Source: the human T2T-CHM13v2.0 reference genome, Homo sapiens | Reading direction: 5' to 3' (one strand) | Assembly (NCBI RefSeq): GCF_009914755.1 | Contig: NC_060925.1 | DNA: 64,000 nt | Shown: positions 50,441 to 64,000 of the stretch, piece after piece | Numbering within the stretch: position 1 is the first letter of the stretch | Layout of the letters: every line of letters begins with the position of its first letter | Notes under the pieces: generated by a model | What the model saw: only the letters and a program-made list of their open reading frames with translations | Told to the model about the DNA's origin: nothing | Databases searched by the model: none | Program-made: the position numbers and the translations under genes

Positions 50441-51557
50441 CAAATACATGAAGAGATACAGTTCCTATGAACAATTAAGCCCCATTATTTTATTTACACA
50501 TACACCTTTAATTCATTTCATGACTGGAGAATAAATCATAAAACATATGAGAGTGAGGTGGTCAAAGGTAAGGATGAGGGAGGGCAGGAGGGAGGCAAAG
50601 GACTTACTCCTGTTGGAAGACTGAATAGAAAAAGGTTGACTTAACACTAGAGTGACTAGAGGAGTCCTGCAGAAAGATGCCGGACAAAGCATTCTGGGCG
50701 CTAAAGAACACAGAGCAGAGCATATTAAAATCTTTGAAAAATCCTAAATGATATTTGCAGTGAAGCAGCAGAAAATACACATTAGTGTTCTAGGATGCAT
50801 ATCTTGCAATATATAGATCTATACTTTTTTACAGATCAGTTTATCAATAATCTTAGTAATCCACCAAAAAAATTGCTTATGCACAGCAGCTTAAGTTACC
50901 AATAACTTATAAGTTCTTCAGAGGAAAAGCCCTAGGTCAGTGATTTAAATTCAAGGGCAGCACATTATAATTACAGTTGAAAAAGGGAGAAGGTATCATA
51001 ATTTATGCAATGTCTAATGATTTACATATTGAATTAATTTACATGTTAATCATAATAAGCATGTTTATGGTTCTTAAAATTATATAAGCACATTTTGTTA
51101 CAGTCAGTGAGGTGATGTATCATCTCCTATACAATTCTCATTACCCAGAACCTAAAAATTGCCATTAACAAAAAAGTATATCTTTTTGTTCTTTCATTAA
51201 CAATGGGCTTCAGTACAATGAAATCTCACCTGCACAAATGTTCTCACTCATTTCCTTTTAATGTCAGAACAGATTTCTGTTTAGAGTTAAATATTCCCTT
51301 CCATTGTTTACAAGCCAGACACTGCCTGAGAAATAGAAAGTGAAAATGACTAGCCAATTTTCACTGCTTAAGAGTGAAATGAAAGCAAGTCATCTGCATA
51401 AAGTGACAAAGTTAAACTTAGAACTTTAAAATGTTAAGGTGATGTTTGTAAGCAAGAAAAAAACTTTACCCTAATCACAACCCTTCAACAAAAGCAGAAA
51501 GGAAGCATCAGGATTAAAGATACAATAGAGAATTTACAAATGATATCCTCTACTCAC

Positions 51558-51639
51558 CTCTAGACAATAATCCTTGAGTGGGTGAAATGTTGCAAAAAAG
51601 AAATGCTCCTGAATGCGTTGCCAATTCTTCTTGGCATTC
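51558..51639 (-). CDS. TARBP1: TARBP1 coding exon ([27 protein letters not shown])
   Basis: cttag|G ... GAG|gtgagt, 82 nt. Confidence 0.92.
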
Positions 51640-52913
51640 CTAAGGATTAAAAATATGGTATGAGCCACAGACAAATGAAACAACTCTGGTGAGGGGAGAA
51701 TCAATTCAGTATCTTAAAGGGTGGCTGCAGAGTTGAGAAGGAACAGAAAATTTTATGAACTTTATCCTAAGATTTATACACACCTCTCCAAGATCAATAC
51801 ATACTTTAAAAACTGACACTTAATAAATTTCACATTTTGAAATGGAACCTTAAACCTATGTCTGGCAGAAAACTCTTTTTTCCAGGAGAGAAAACCATTA
51901 CATAAAAGTCACCTTTTCTACTCCAAAGACTCATACCATGCAGCCAAGTTGTACCTACTTTCACAAACCAAACAAATTTACTATGAGCAGCGTTTAAATT
52001 TTTAAAACATCTGTTGTCAAGTTTATGTTTTAAAAGGCAAAAAAGGTAGGGATAAAAGTTATACAATATGGCAGGCAGGTTTCAGATAAAATTCATGATC
52101 ATCAACCCATAAACTAAGCAGCAATTTCAAGACATTTTTCTGGCAAGATCACGCTCCTGCCCTGACCAGTGTGTCTTCTTCACTCCCTGGAGTTCCTATG
52201 CCCTCCCCAACCCTCTCACTATCAGCAGACAGCCATGCCTCACACATCACAGGAGACAGGAGTGAGAGATCTTTCTTCTTCCTGCCACCTCCTTACCCAC
52301 CTGTCCTCTTTTCTCCTTCACTGTCAAGAGTCTCTCTTCAAAGGGCAATACCCTGCCCCGCAACAGATCCCATTCCCCTGGGTTTTGCCCTATCTCCCCC
52401 AACTTCCGCATCTCCCCTCTTCTCTATTCTAGCCTTTCCTTCAGCCTTTTCAAAAGGGCTTTTGTATCTAGTCTTAAAAAACAAAACAAAACCTTATTAA
52501 AGTGTCCATCAGTAATGGACTCAAGCGATATCCTAAGGCAAATGGAATATTAGGTAGCTGTTAAAAGAAAAGCAAGTTTACTGGAGTTTCACCTTTGGTG
52601 GGAGAAGGAAGGAGACTGTCTCGTTTTCATTCGATGCCTTTCTGCACTGTTCAACTTCCTGACTATGAGTATCACTTAAAAACAACTAATGTTACCAAAA
52701 ATGAAACAGAAGCCCTCTTTTGACAGCACCCCCACCACTAGCTGTTGAACTTTCTAATATACTATTTTTTGAGAGAATTTTCTAAATAAGTTGACTCTGT
52801 CTCACCTTCATCACCCATTTTTTGAAAAGTTAAAGACATGAAATATTTTAAATATTCCGAATATTCAGGTAAAGAAAATTATAGACACCAGTAAACCTAC
52901 CACTCTGATGTAA

Positions 52914-53279
<366 letters not shown>

Positions 53280-53965
53280 TAATTTGGTTTCAATCCCCTA
53301 ATTATGCTATCGAATGGCTCTTGATAAATCCAGTCAGTACTTTAGGCCCTTGTTTACCTTACCTCAAAGCCTGTCCATTTCTCTGTCCCTCTACTAATCT
53401 CATACTAATCTAAATCACAATTTTCCTCCCACTCTCTCTTGCTCACCTCCGATCTGCTCTTCACACTTTAATGCAAAAGAAAACTGGATGACGTCATTCT
53501 CAAGTTTAACTTTTTGCTGGCTTCCCCATTCACTCAACATCAACCCAAGCCTGGCCCTGGCTCCCTCCATCTTGGGACTGCTCTGTTGCTTCCCTCAGCC
53601 AGACCAAGCTTGCTTTAGTTAAAGCTCTGGGCAAATCAAGTGGGGCTGGCCGTTCCCAAACACAGTGTCTTCTGCACAGAAATCTCTTTCCTTCAGTCTT
53701 CATTGACCTAGCTCCTATTCATGCTTTAGATTTTAATGTAAACATCATGTTACTTAGAAAGGCTTTCCCTAAACCACCCAGACTGAACAGTCTGTATTTC
53801 CTCATCACCACATTTACTTTTCTGTGATTTATTTTAAAACTTTCCTCATCACATTTACTTTTCTGTGATTTATTTTAAAACTTTAAAAAATTGCTCTGAT
53901 TACTTGATGTCTATTCCCATTTGACTGTGAGTCACATGAAGAAAGAGGCTCATCTACCTGGCTAA

Positions 53966-54406
<441 letters not shown>

Positions 54407-56279
54407 TGAGATTTTTAAAGTTATTTTTTAAAAGTGCGTTTTATTGCTTAATAAAAAATATGACTGGAGCCAATTGCTTTTAGAAATCAAAACACAGCTA
54501 CCAACAAATTTAGAATAGGATCAACAACCAGGATCGAAATGTCTCAATACCAAATAATCACTCACCATCGAATCACAGAGACAGCTACAAGCTGACAAAT
54601 GCCTATCTGCGTGTTAAATTATGGCAATTCCCTCAAACTCCCTTCCATTAAGGAAGGGCTGAAAGTCTATGGGGTAACTATACCCTCTGTCCCCTGGTTA
54701 CCTATCTCTAACCATCAAACACAAACAGCACGTAAGTTCATTAAATTACATAATAAAATATGATTAGCAGCAACTTTGGTAGCTTGAGTTTGGATTACTG
54801 CATGATAATGCAAATGCGATCCTGAGAAATATTAATGTTCAAATCTACACATGTAAACTCAGCCATGTATTCACCAAATAATAGGAAATACACCATACAC
54901 CAAGGAGAAATAAGACATTTAAGGTCCCTTGAAAAGATCAAGATTTTTAGTTTTCAGAGGACAGTTGGAATTGTAGGGGTCCCTGGCAATGCTACAGTGA
55001 ATGACTAATTTTGATGACCAGCCTTTGCTGGGCCAGGCACAGGAAGGTCATTCTCCAGTATACAGAACTGTGCACGATGTACCAGGAATCCATTCCCGCC
55101 TCTGCTCTCTGTCCCTCCTCTGGAACCCATCTCCCCACAGCTAACTCTCTTTTTCTCCTGCTACTCCCCTGTTTTATTTCATGCTATTTACTTTTTTCTC
55201 CATTTTAGTATTTATTTGTATTTATCAAATATCTTTCTCCCAAGCCCCTAAAACCTCCCTTACCCACTTAATGCCCAAATGCCTCTTTTCAACAAATGCA
55301 TCAAAAGTGAAGGGAGGTAGAAAGGTACATTGCGGGCCAGGGAGGTACCCTCGCCCCAGCCCCATATGAAGCTACACAATGACTCAGTCTTATTTGTACC
55401 ATGTACAAATAACTTAATGGTCACGACCAAGACTTCTACATGTTACTGGTTTTCCAAATGCTATTTCATTTGCCTATTATGCTGCTTCCAACACTTAACC
55501 ATTTGTGTATATAAATTAGTGGGTGCTTTTTCAGCTTTTAAGATGAAAAATCTTTTATGTTGGTTGATATTGCCTGTGTCTCTAAAATTTAAAAAAAAAA
55601 TCCAGAATTCCTGGATGGCAATAATCTATGATAATAATAAAAAGGCAAAACAGCACCACCTCAGAGATAAGGAAACAAGCGCAGAGACCTGGAGATGCTT
55701 ATGACACTGCAGCCTGCTTCTGCACCGTGACAGGTGCGGGGAAAGAGAGGCAGACATGGGAACCACCGTGGGGGCTTCACAGACACTGGGTCCTGCACCG
55801 CTCCCTCACCCCATCCACGTCACTTGCTTGATACTGAGCTTCCATGTATGATTTTGTCTGCGGAATAGGAGAGTTCTCTTAGAAAAGAAAAAAGCCTTTA
55901 GCTATAACTAGTATAGCTGAGAGATTAAAAGTATGTCTTTAAAGTCAGGTCGTGCCACTTCTAAGCAGTTCTCAAACAACAAAGGATGACATTTAGCTAT
56001 ACTGAAGAGAAACAGGTACAAGTATGTAGAAGATTATTTGTACAATAAAGGATTGAGGATAAAAGGGCAATAAGAGGTCAAGGTGGAGCTGACAATGAAC
56101 TGTAATTAACTACACCCCAAAGTGAGCTGCTTAGGCCTGGCCCAGTCCAAGCCCTCGATGCTCCAGGACGGCAGCATGAGGATGTGGAAGGAGAAGCTGA
56201 CACAGTATGGGCACTGCCCCCTCCCTGTGGGCCCTGCTGGAGGAGAGTGAGGGCGATGAGGTTGACGAGGGCTCCTTAC

Positions 56280-56476
56280 CCTGCTCCGTGCATGCTTTCC
56301 ACTTGATGGAGGCTGGATTCAATCACAGGAGTCAGGGCATCAAATTCTTCAACACTTAACACTTTACACACAGTCCAGAGTTTCTTAAGAGCAACTAAAG
56401 CATACAGTCGAACACTAAAATTGTGATTGAAACACCACTGCAGCACAACTATAAGGGCTTGCTTCAGAATTAGTTT
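56280..56476 (-). CDS. TARBP1: TARBP1 coding exon ([34 protein letters not shown]...SMHGAG)
   Basis: ttttcag|AAA ... GG|gtaagg, 197 nt, phases match neighbouring exons. Confidence 0.93.
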
Positions 56477-57673
56477 CTGAAAAGAAAGGCAAAAAATTCC
56501 TCAAAACACAGACATGGACCATTTTACTCTCACTTGTATGACACAAAAAAAGTACACGAATGATACAACTGCTCCTAGTAAAACTTCTTCCACTGGCTTT
56601 GCTACCAGGGCCTCTCATTCTTCCCTCCTGGTCAAATGCGGTGCACAGGCATTTGCAATTTACTCAAGGAAAAACACATTCTCCCAGCTCTAGTTTTCAT
56701 TAATGCTGCAGTACATTTCCCCCCGCCCCCCATACTCTAGTACCTGAGTTAACTTGAAAAAAGTATGTTTTATGCTAACCATTATACAACCAAAATGTTT
56801 TTCAAATGGAGCCTCCATCTCCTATTATCTTAATTTGTGCTGAGAAAGTCAGAAATAGTCTTCAAGAGTCCCACTTCTGATGGCTTGAAAATGCTCCTAG
56901 AGCAAGATACCACACAAAGTGCTGTCCTCCTCCTCACTACTGATTTCTGAGCTACTCTGTCTTCCCTAATGGTGATCCTGGACCCACACAGTACTGAGTA
57001 GTGGCAGGAAAATTAAGAAATGAGGGGGAAAATAATAAAACTGTTTAAATTTCCTTGTAGTCTTTTCCTGTGAACTTTAGTCTTCACAGCCTGGAGATGT
57101 CAAGCAATCCCTTGCTTTCTAAAATCACATGGTTCAACAGACACTGAAGGTCAAAGGAAGTGACATATACTAATGAAGGAACCAGACGGACCCAAACTTT
57201 TAATGAAATATCAGAAGCTATTTTGATGCTCCTACCAAATGCACTTCTCCCCTAAGGCTCACATGGAAATGCTTACCGGCTGCGCCTGGCAGCCCAGTTT
57301 CTACTGACCAATTCAAAACAACCATATTCACACAATAGTTTACCAAAGGCATCAGCATGGCTGATAACACACTTGTTACTCTAAGTTTCTCTGAGAAGGA
57401 TAAAAACAGAGATAAACAATCCTCTTTCTCTCATTCCTTTACTCAACATGTCATCAACATTTATCAAAGGTCAGTGACTGTACTGCCAACATTACAAGGT
57501 GTGATGTTATGATATACACTGGTTTTTGTCCACAATTCCTGTCTTATAACTCCCATAGCCCTTGTTACAGTCTTTTGTTATAACGATCCCATATGGAAGG
57601 AAGTCACTTGTGCAGCCCACACTGAAGGAGTGAGAAGTCACGCTCCCCCTCCCTCAGGGCAGAGCTTCTATAA

Positions 57674-58010
<337 letters not shown>

Positions 58011-58622
58011 ACTCATTTATTGATTCAATCATTTATTTATATCGGTGTGGGCTCGAGGATATTTATTTTATTCTTTGGGTTGTGATCCAACACTGCTTTA
58101 TTTTGTTGCTCACACTGTTTCAGCTTCAGCCACTGGGAACATCTTCCCTCTGCATGCCCATCTCACATCACTGTATGTATAAAGTTCTGCCTTGCTCTCT
58201 GACTCTACAAGATGCTCCAGGCTCATCTTGTATACTTTCTGCCCTAGTTTTAGAATCAGCTATTTCTCCAGCGATCCCTGGTTCGTTTTATTGGAGAATG
58301 GTGTTAGCAACCAAGATCTTGGAGCTAGGTATACATTACTCGTAAATGAAAAAAACCCACTATAATTCTCAATAGGGAAAACAGTGCTTCCTATGGAGCC
58401 CACACTCAAAAATGTTGGCACTGCCAGTGATCGCTCGGCTGGGGCTTTCAGGACGTAAATGATGCTTTCATACATATCAGTGTAAAAAGCTCTGCTCGTG
58501 AATTCTCATGTCCGCTCATTTTACACAATGAGCAAGCTGACAGGACAATACACAACTATGAGCATAATTAAGAAAGGTTTTTTTTTTTTTTCCTTTTATA
58601 GGAACACTTCGTGCTCTGATTC

Positions 58623-59309
58623 TGAAACCGCCTTTGCAAAATTGTAACTGAGGTGGGGAAAGAGATCTGACCTAACCAACTCCATCTTGCTTCTAACCTC
58701 CAAGCTGTCCTTGTTCATTCCTGGGTGTAGGCTCAACTAACTTTGGGAGAAACTTAGTTTAGTTTATAGTTTAAAACAAAGATGATAACAGCCCTTTCCC
58801 AAGACAAACCCCCTTCTTGTCTGGGGACTAGATTTCCTTTGTAGGACTAACAAATTAGCCTCAAGATTAGAAATTATGGTTCAGGAGTCATGTAGCTGGA
58901 AGCTACAAGATTCTGACCCTCCCTAAACTGCTCCTATGTCGGTGCTCGAGATATTTTGCAGACCTGCACTCGACGGATCAGCTGGCACCACCCAGATCGA
59001 TTAACTGGCTCATCTGATCTCGTGGCCCCCACCCTGGAACTGACTTAGCACAAAAGGACACCTCAATTCCTTATGATTTCATCTCCGACCCAACCAATCA
59101 ACACCCTTGACTCACTGGCCTTCCCCCTCCCACCAAATTATCCTTAAAAACTCTGATCCCCGAATGCTCAGGGAGATCGATTTGAGTACTAATAAGACTC
59201 CAGTCTCCTGCACAAGCAGCTCTGTGTACTCTTCCTCTATTGCAATTCCTGTCTTGATAAATCGGCTCTGTGTAGGCGGCGGAAGAGGTGAACCTGTTGG
59301 GCGGTTACC
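58623..59309 (+). mobile_element. LTR8-like ERV1 solo LTR
   Basis: tgaaaccgcctttgcaaaattgtaactgag start and gttgggcggttac end. Confidence 0.85.
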
Positions 59310-60821
59310 ACCTCTGTCGTGTGTGACAGTTGTTTTGAATCTCTAATTGCTCAGTACAGATCCCACATGCAGGTTAAGTAAGATGCTTTGAAGAAAATGG
59401 AAAGTCTTAAGTGATTGCTTCCAAGAAATCAAACCTACATTTATCTAGGTAACAACGGACTTTACGTATCACAAATGAAGAGACTGACAAAGTAAATCAA
59501 CTTGGCCTTTTCTTAGGTATGTCAAGTCAGTTTTTTTTTTCCTAAGGTGTTGAAATGGAAATTCTTCCATTTCACTAATTAGCATTCCTTTTTGGATGTT
59601 TCGAAAATAAAAAATAAATCTAAAATATGTAATAAACGGCAAGTACAAAAAGGGCTTGACAGAAAAATAACATGTTACTTTTACCAGATCTAACATGAAC
59701 ATCTTCTAAGGTAAATTCGTTTTCAGAATTTGTCTAAACTATTCTTAGGCTATTCATCTACCCCGCAACAGGACAATGTCTGCTCTGTTTTAGCTTTCTC
59801 AATAGATTGTAAGCAAATCTCTTTGCGGCACATATTTAAAACAGAAAGACAACATTTGATCTTATCTGATGCCAGAGCCTTCTTGATCTTACGGAAGATG
59901 TGAACGAGTTTTCCTGGAACTGTAACACACTGCCATCTGGCTGATACACACTGGAAGACACCATCAATTTAAAAGTGTTATCATGATTTTAGAGGAAAAT
60001 GTGGTGTGGAGAAAGGCCTGTCTTTGAATGGATGAAATAGGTTAATAAAAAACATCACTGTTTAAAAACTAGAACACTGAAAAATTCTAGGAAAGCTTAT
60101 TTTCCCTTATATTTTTATGGTACTTTCAACACTTAATAACACTATTTCAATTAAGTTTTCTCCTAGAGTTTATAGTATATCAGTACATTCTTTTCTGTGG
60201 ATGCAATAATATAGAATCTTATTCCAAATCTTACTGGCAGGTTCTCTTAAATTCTTCAACGGCTGCCATAGTGATTAACCAAAATTAGTTATGATTTCTG
60301 CCTATCTGTGTGAGAACTTACAGGGGAAATTGTTCTAAACCTGAGGAACATGAAGTAACTGTACTGCACACTCCAAATGATGACAGTCATTTTATATCAC
60401 CTTCAATTACCCAACAGCTTTTAATAGTCTGGCCATAAGTTTCTTTGCACGAGCATTTGTTAAATAACTACCATTCAGTCAAAGAAGGTAAGGGAAGTCC
60501 TGTTTAAAGAATCCTAAGTAATCCTAATCCTAAGAATTATAAATAATTATTAATTTTATACAAGTATCAACAAAAACTTACCCAGTAGTTTGTCTATAAA
60601 TTTGGTATGTACTCAAGCACACCTCAGTGTGTATGCATGTAAATGGGTAATTCCCATTTACTGGGTATTTGTGTCTAATACATGTGCACATTAGCAGGGC
60701 AGTGGAAAGGAAAGGGAAAAATTGCAAACATTCACAGGAATGCTCTACATATAAAAAATTGGTACAAATACATACAATTCTTTTTTTACAGTCAAGTTTA
60801 AATTCTTACAAACAAACTTAC

Positions 60822-60908
60822 CTTTTCTGGAATATTTTGAGTAATAATGTCTAAATGTGATAAAACTGCTAAAAACGTACAAATGCTTGTTTTAAGATTT
60901 TCTTCACC
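60822..60908 (-). CDS. TARBP1: TARBP1 coding exon, 8th from last ([29 protein letters not shown])
   Basis: tttcag|GGT ... AAG|gtaagt, 87 nt, open frame, phase 0/0. Confidence 0.9.
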
Positions 60909-61167
60909 CTGAAAAAATAATCAGATAAACAAATATTGATTCAAAGCTTACTGTGAAACATGCACGTGAAAGCGCCGTGCTGGACTCTATGAGGGCCCAG
61001 GACAGGAGGCAGCCTCTTCCCTGGAACAGCCCGGGGTCTGGGTGGGAAGGGGGCTGCGGCAACAGGCACAGGACTGAAAGCAAAGGAAATATTTCCTAGA
61101 GCCAAATGCCAGTGCACACAAAAATCAGCAGGTCACATAAAGTACTGAATAACTCAACTCTAAGTAC

Positions 61168-61465
61168 AGCGGGGCACAGTGGCTCACGCCTATAATCCCA
61201 ACACTTTGGGAGGCTGAGGCGGGTGGATCATTTCAGGCCAGGGGTTTGAGATCAGCTTGGCCAACATGGTGAAACCATGTCTACCAAAAAATACAAAAAT
61301 TCGCTGGGCATGGTAGCGCACACCTGTAGTCCCAGCTACTGGGGAGGCTGAGGTAGAAGAATTGCCTGAACCCAGGGCAGAGTTTGCAGTTAGCTGAGAT
61401 CGTGCCACTGCACTCCAGCATGGGCAACAGAGCAAGACCCTGTCTCAAAAAAAAACATAAAATAA
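61168..61465 (+). mobile_element. Alu
   Basis: Alu dimer; TSD aagtacag. Confidence 0.93.
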
Positions 61466-61469
61466 AGTA

Positions 61470-61788
61470 CAGTGTGCCCTCTGTATGCACGAGTTCTGCA
61501 TCTATGAGTTCAACCAACCGTGGATGAAAAATATTTAACAAAAAATTTTTAAAACATAATGCAATTAAAAAGTAATACAAAGTTTAAAACTGTATAACAG
61601 CGATTTACATAGCATGTACATTGTACTAGACATTATAAGTAATCTAAGATTATTAAAGTATATGGGAGGATACACATCAGTTATGTGCAACTACTATGCC
61701 ATTCTAAACAAAAGACTTGAGCATCCTCAGGTTTTGGCATCCGTAGGGGGCCTGGAATCAATCCCCCATGGATACCAAGGGTTGATTA
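61470..61788 (-). mobile_element. MER2 DNA transposon
   Basis: Same termini and internal sequence as the MER2 at 34849. Confidence 0.8.
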
Positions 61789-62517
61789 TCTGTGGCAGAG
61801 CCAAGGGCATGCTCACTTCAGGAGAGGTGAGGCCTTCAGGATGGGAAGGACTGGCCTGGAGAAGGAGCAGGAAGGTTAGAGAACAGATAAGTGAACAAGA
61901 ACAAAGACACAGAGGCAAACTTAAGGGAAAGGCAGCAAGAGGAGACAAAGCCAGTTTGGCAGAGAGTGATGGAGATAAGGCTCAAAAGTTAAATGGAATC
62001 ATACTGTAGAGGCTTTAAAAAGCTATAGCGAAAAACCTATAGAAGACTTAATCAGCTATCTTAGGGAAAATTTTTTAAGAAGACTGTTCAACTGGAATCT
62101 GGAAACCTCTGATTCCAGTTGAAAAAGACTGTTCAACTGGAATCTGAAACTATTATTATTTCATAATCATAGTGGTTTTGGAATAATACATTATTTTAGT
62201 GATAATAAACTGATAAATGCCAGACAGATTGGAAAGAAAAGAGCATATAAGCAGGAAGACCAGTTTGGAAACCAATCCAAGAGGCAAATCATTTATTATT
62301 ATTTAATTCCTTTATTTAATTAACAGTTACTGAATGTCTTCTACATGACAGTTACTATAGAAACAAGTTCCTGTAACTTAAAAATCTACTGGAGAAGATA
62401 AAAATCAAATCAGATTAAAATCCTAACTGTAAGCAGTACTATTTATGTGCTATGAAAACCTAAAATAAGGGGATCTAAATACTTGGGGAGGTAACTTCCT
62501 TTAAGAATGACAATATG

Positions 62518-63042
<525 letters not shown>

Positions 63043-63214
63043 AAGACACATGAACTGAGATGTGAAGGGAGAGAGAGTTATCTAGATAAAGAGAAGAAAG
63101 AAGACCATTTTGTGTAAAGGGCACAACATGTGCAATAGCCTGAAACCAAAAGGACTGGTGATAAGCAGGAAAGACTGAAAAGGTCAGTGTGGTACTCAGT
63201 TATCTCGGGTGACC

Positions 63215-63920
<706 letters not shown>

Positions 63921-64000
63921 TCAGTGTGCCTAGGTAGTGAATTGAGAATAGACCACACAGAGAGACTAGAGAGGAAAGAGGCCTAAGATCACGCAAGCCT

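Noticed and set aside
54560-54570. Strong minus-strand donor ATG|gtgagt
   Set aside because: No convincing partner acceptor at exon distance
60582-60593. Possible 12-nt in-frame TARBP1 microexon (tttatag|ACAAACTACTGG|gtaagt)
   Set aside because: Good donor but poor pyrimidine tract; such matches arise by chance
60639-60661. 9-bp hairpin GTAAATGGG/CCCATTTAC as a structured RNA
   Set aside because: Too short; no miRNA or snoRNA features

Overview
Human genomic DNA, recognisable as the chr1q42.2 COA6/TARBP1 region. It contains the complete COA6 gene on the + strand: a CpG-island promoter, alternative first coding exons at 23612-23823 and 23864-23985, exon 2 at 24375-24534 and exon 3 CDS at 33879-33974. 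The last eight coding exons of TARBP1 lie on the - strand (60908 down to stop at 41733, including the C-terminal SPOUT methyltransferase domain), convergent with COA6. There is also a full-length RPS15 processed pseudogene with an intact ORF (-, 6833-7270). The rest is dense in Alu, L1, L2/MIR, LTR and DNA-transposon fossils, plus a ~900-bp almost pure G/A tract. Nearly all other ORFs in the track are Alu, L1 or low-complexity artefacts. I cannot establish a wholly new biological system from the sequence. The best leads are: (1) the RPS15 retrocopy encodes P131S and S139F, matching recurrent CLL hotspot changes in the parent gene; (2) COA6 isoform choice may be steered by uORFs and by a strong in-frame alternative acceptor; (3) TARBP1 has several candidate unproductive-splicing switches upstream of and within its catalytic domain; (4) there are unusual retrotransposition and template-switch scars. 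Repeat boundaries and subfamily names were judged by eye and are approximate.
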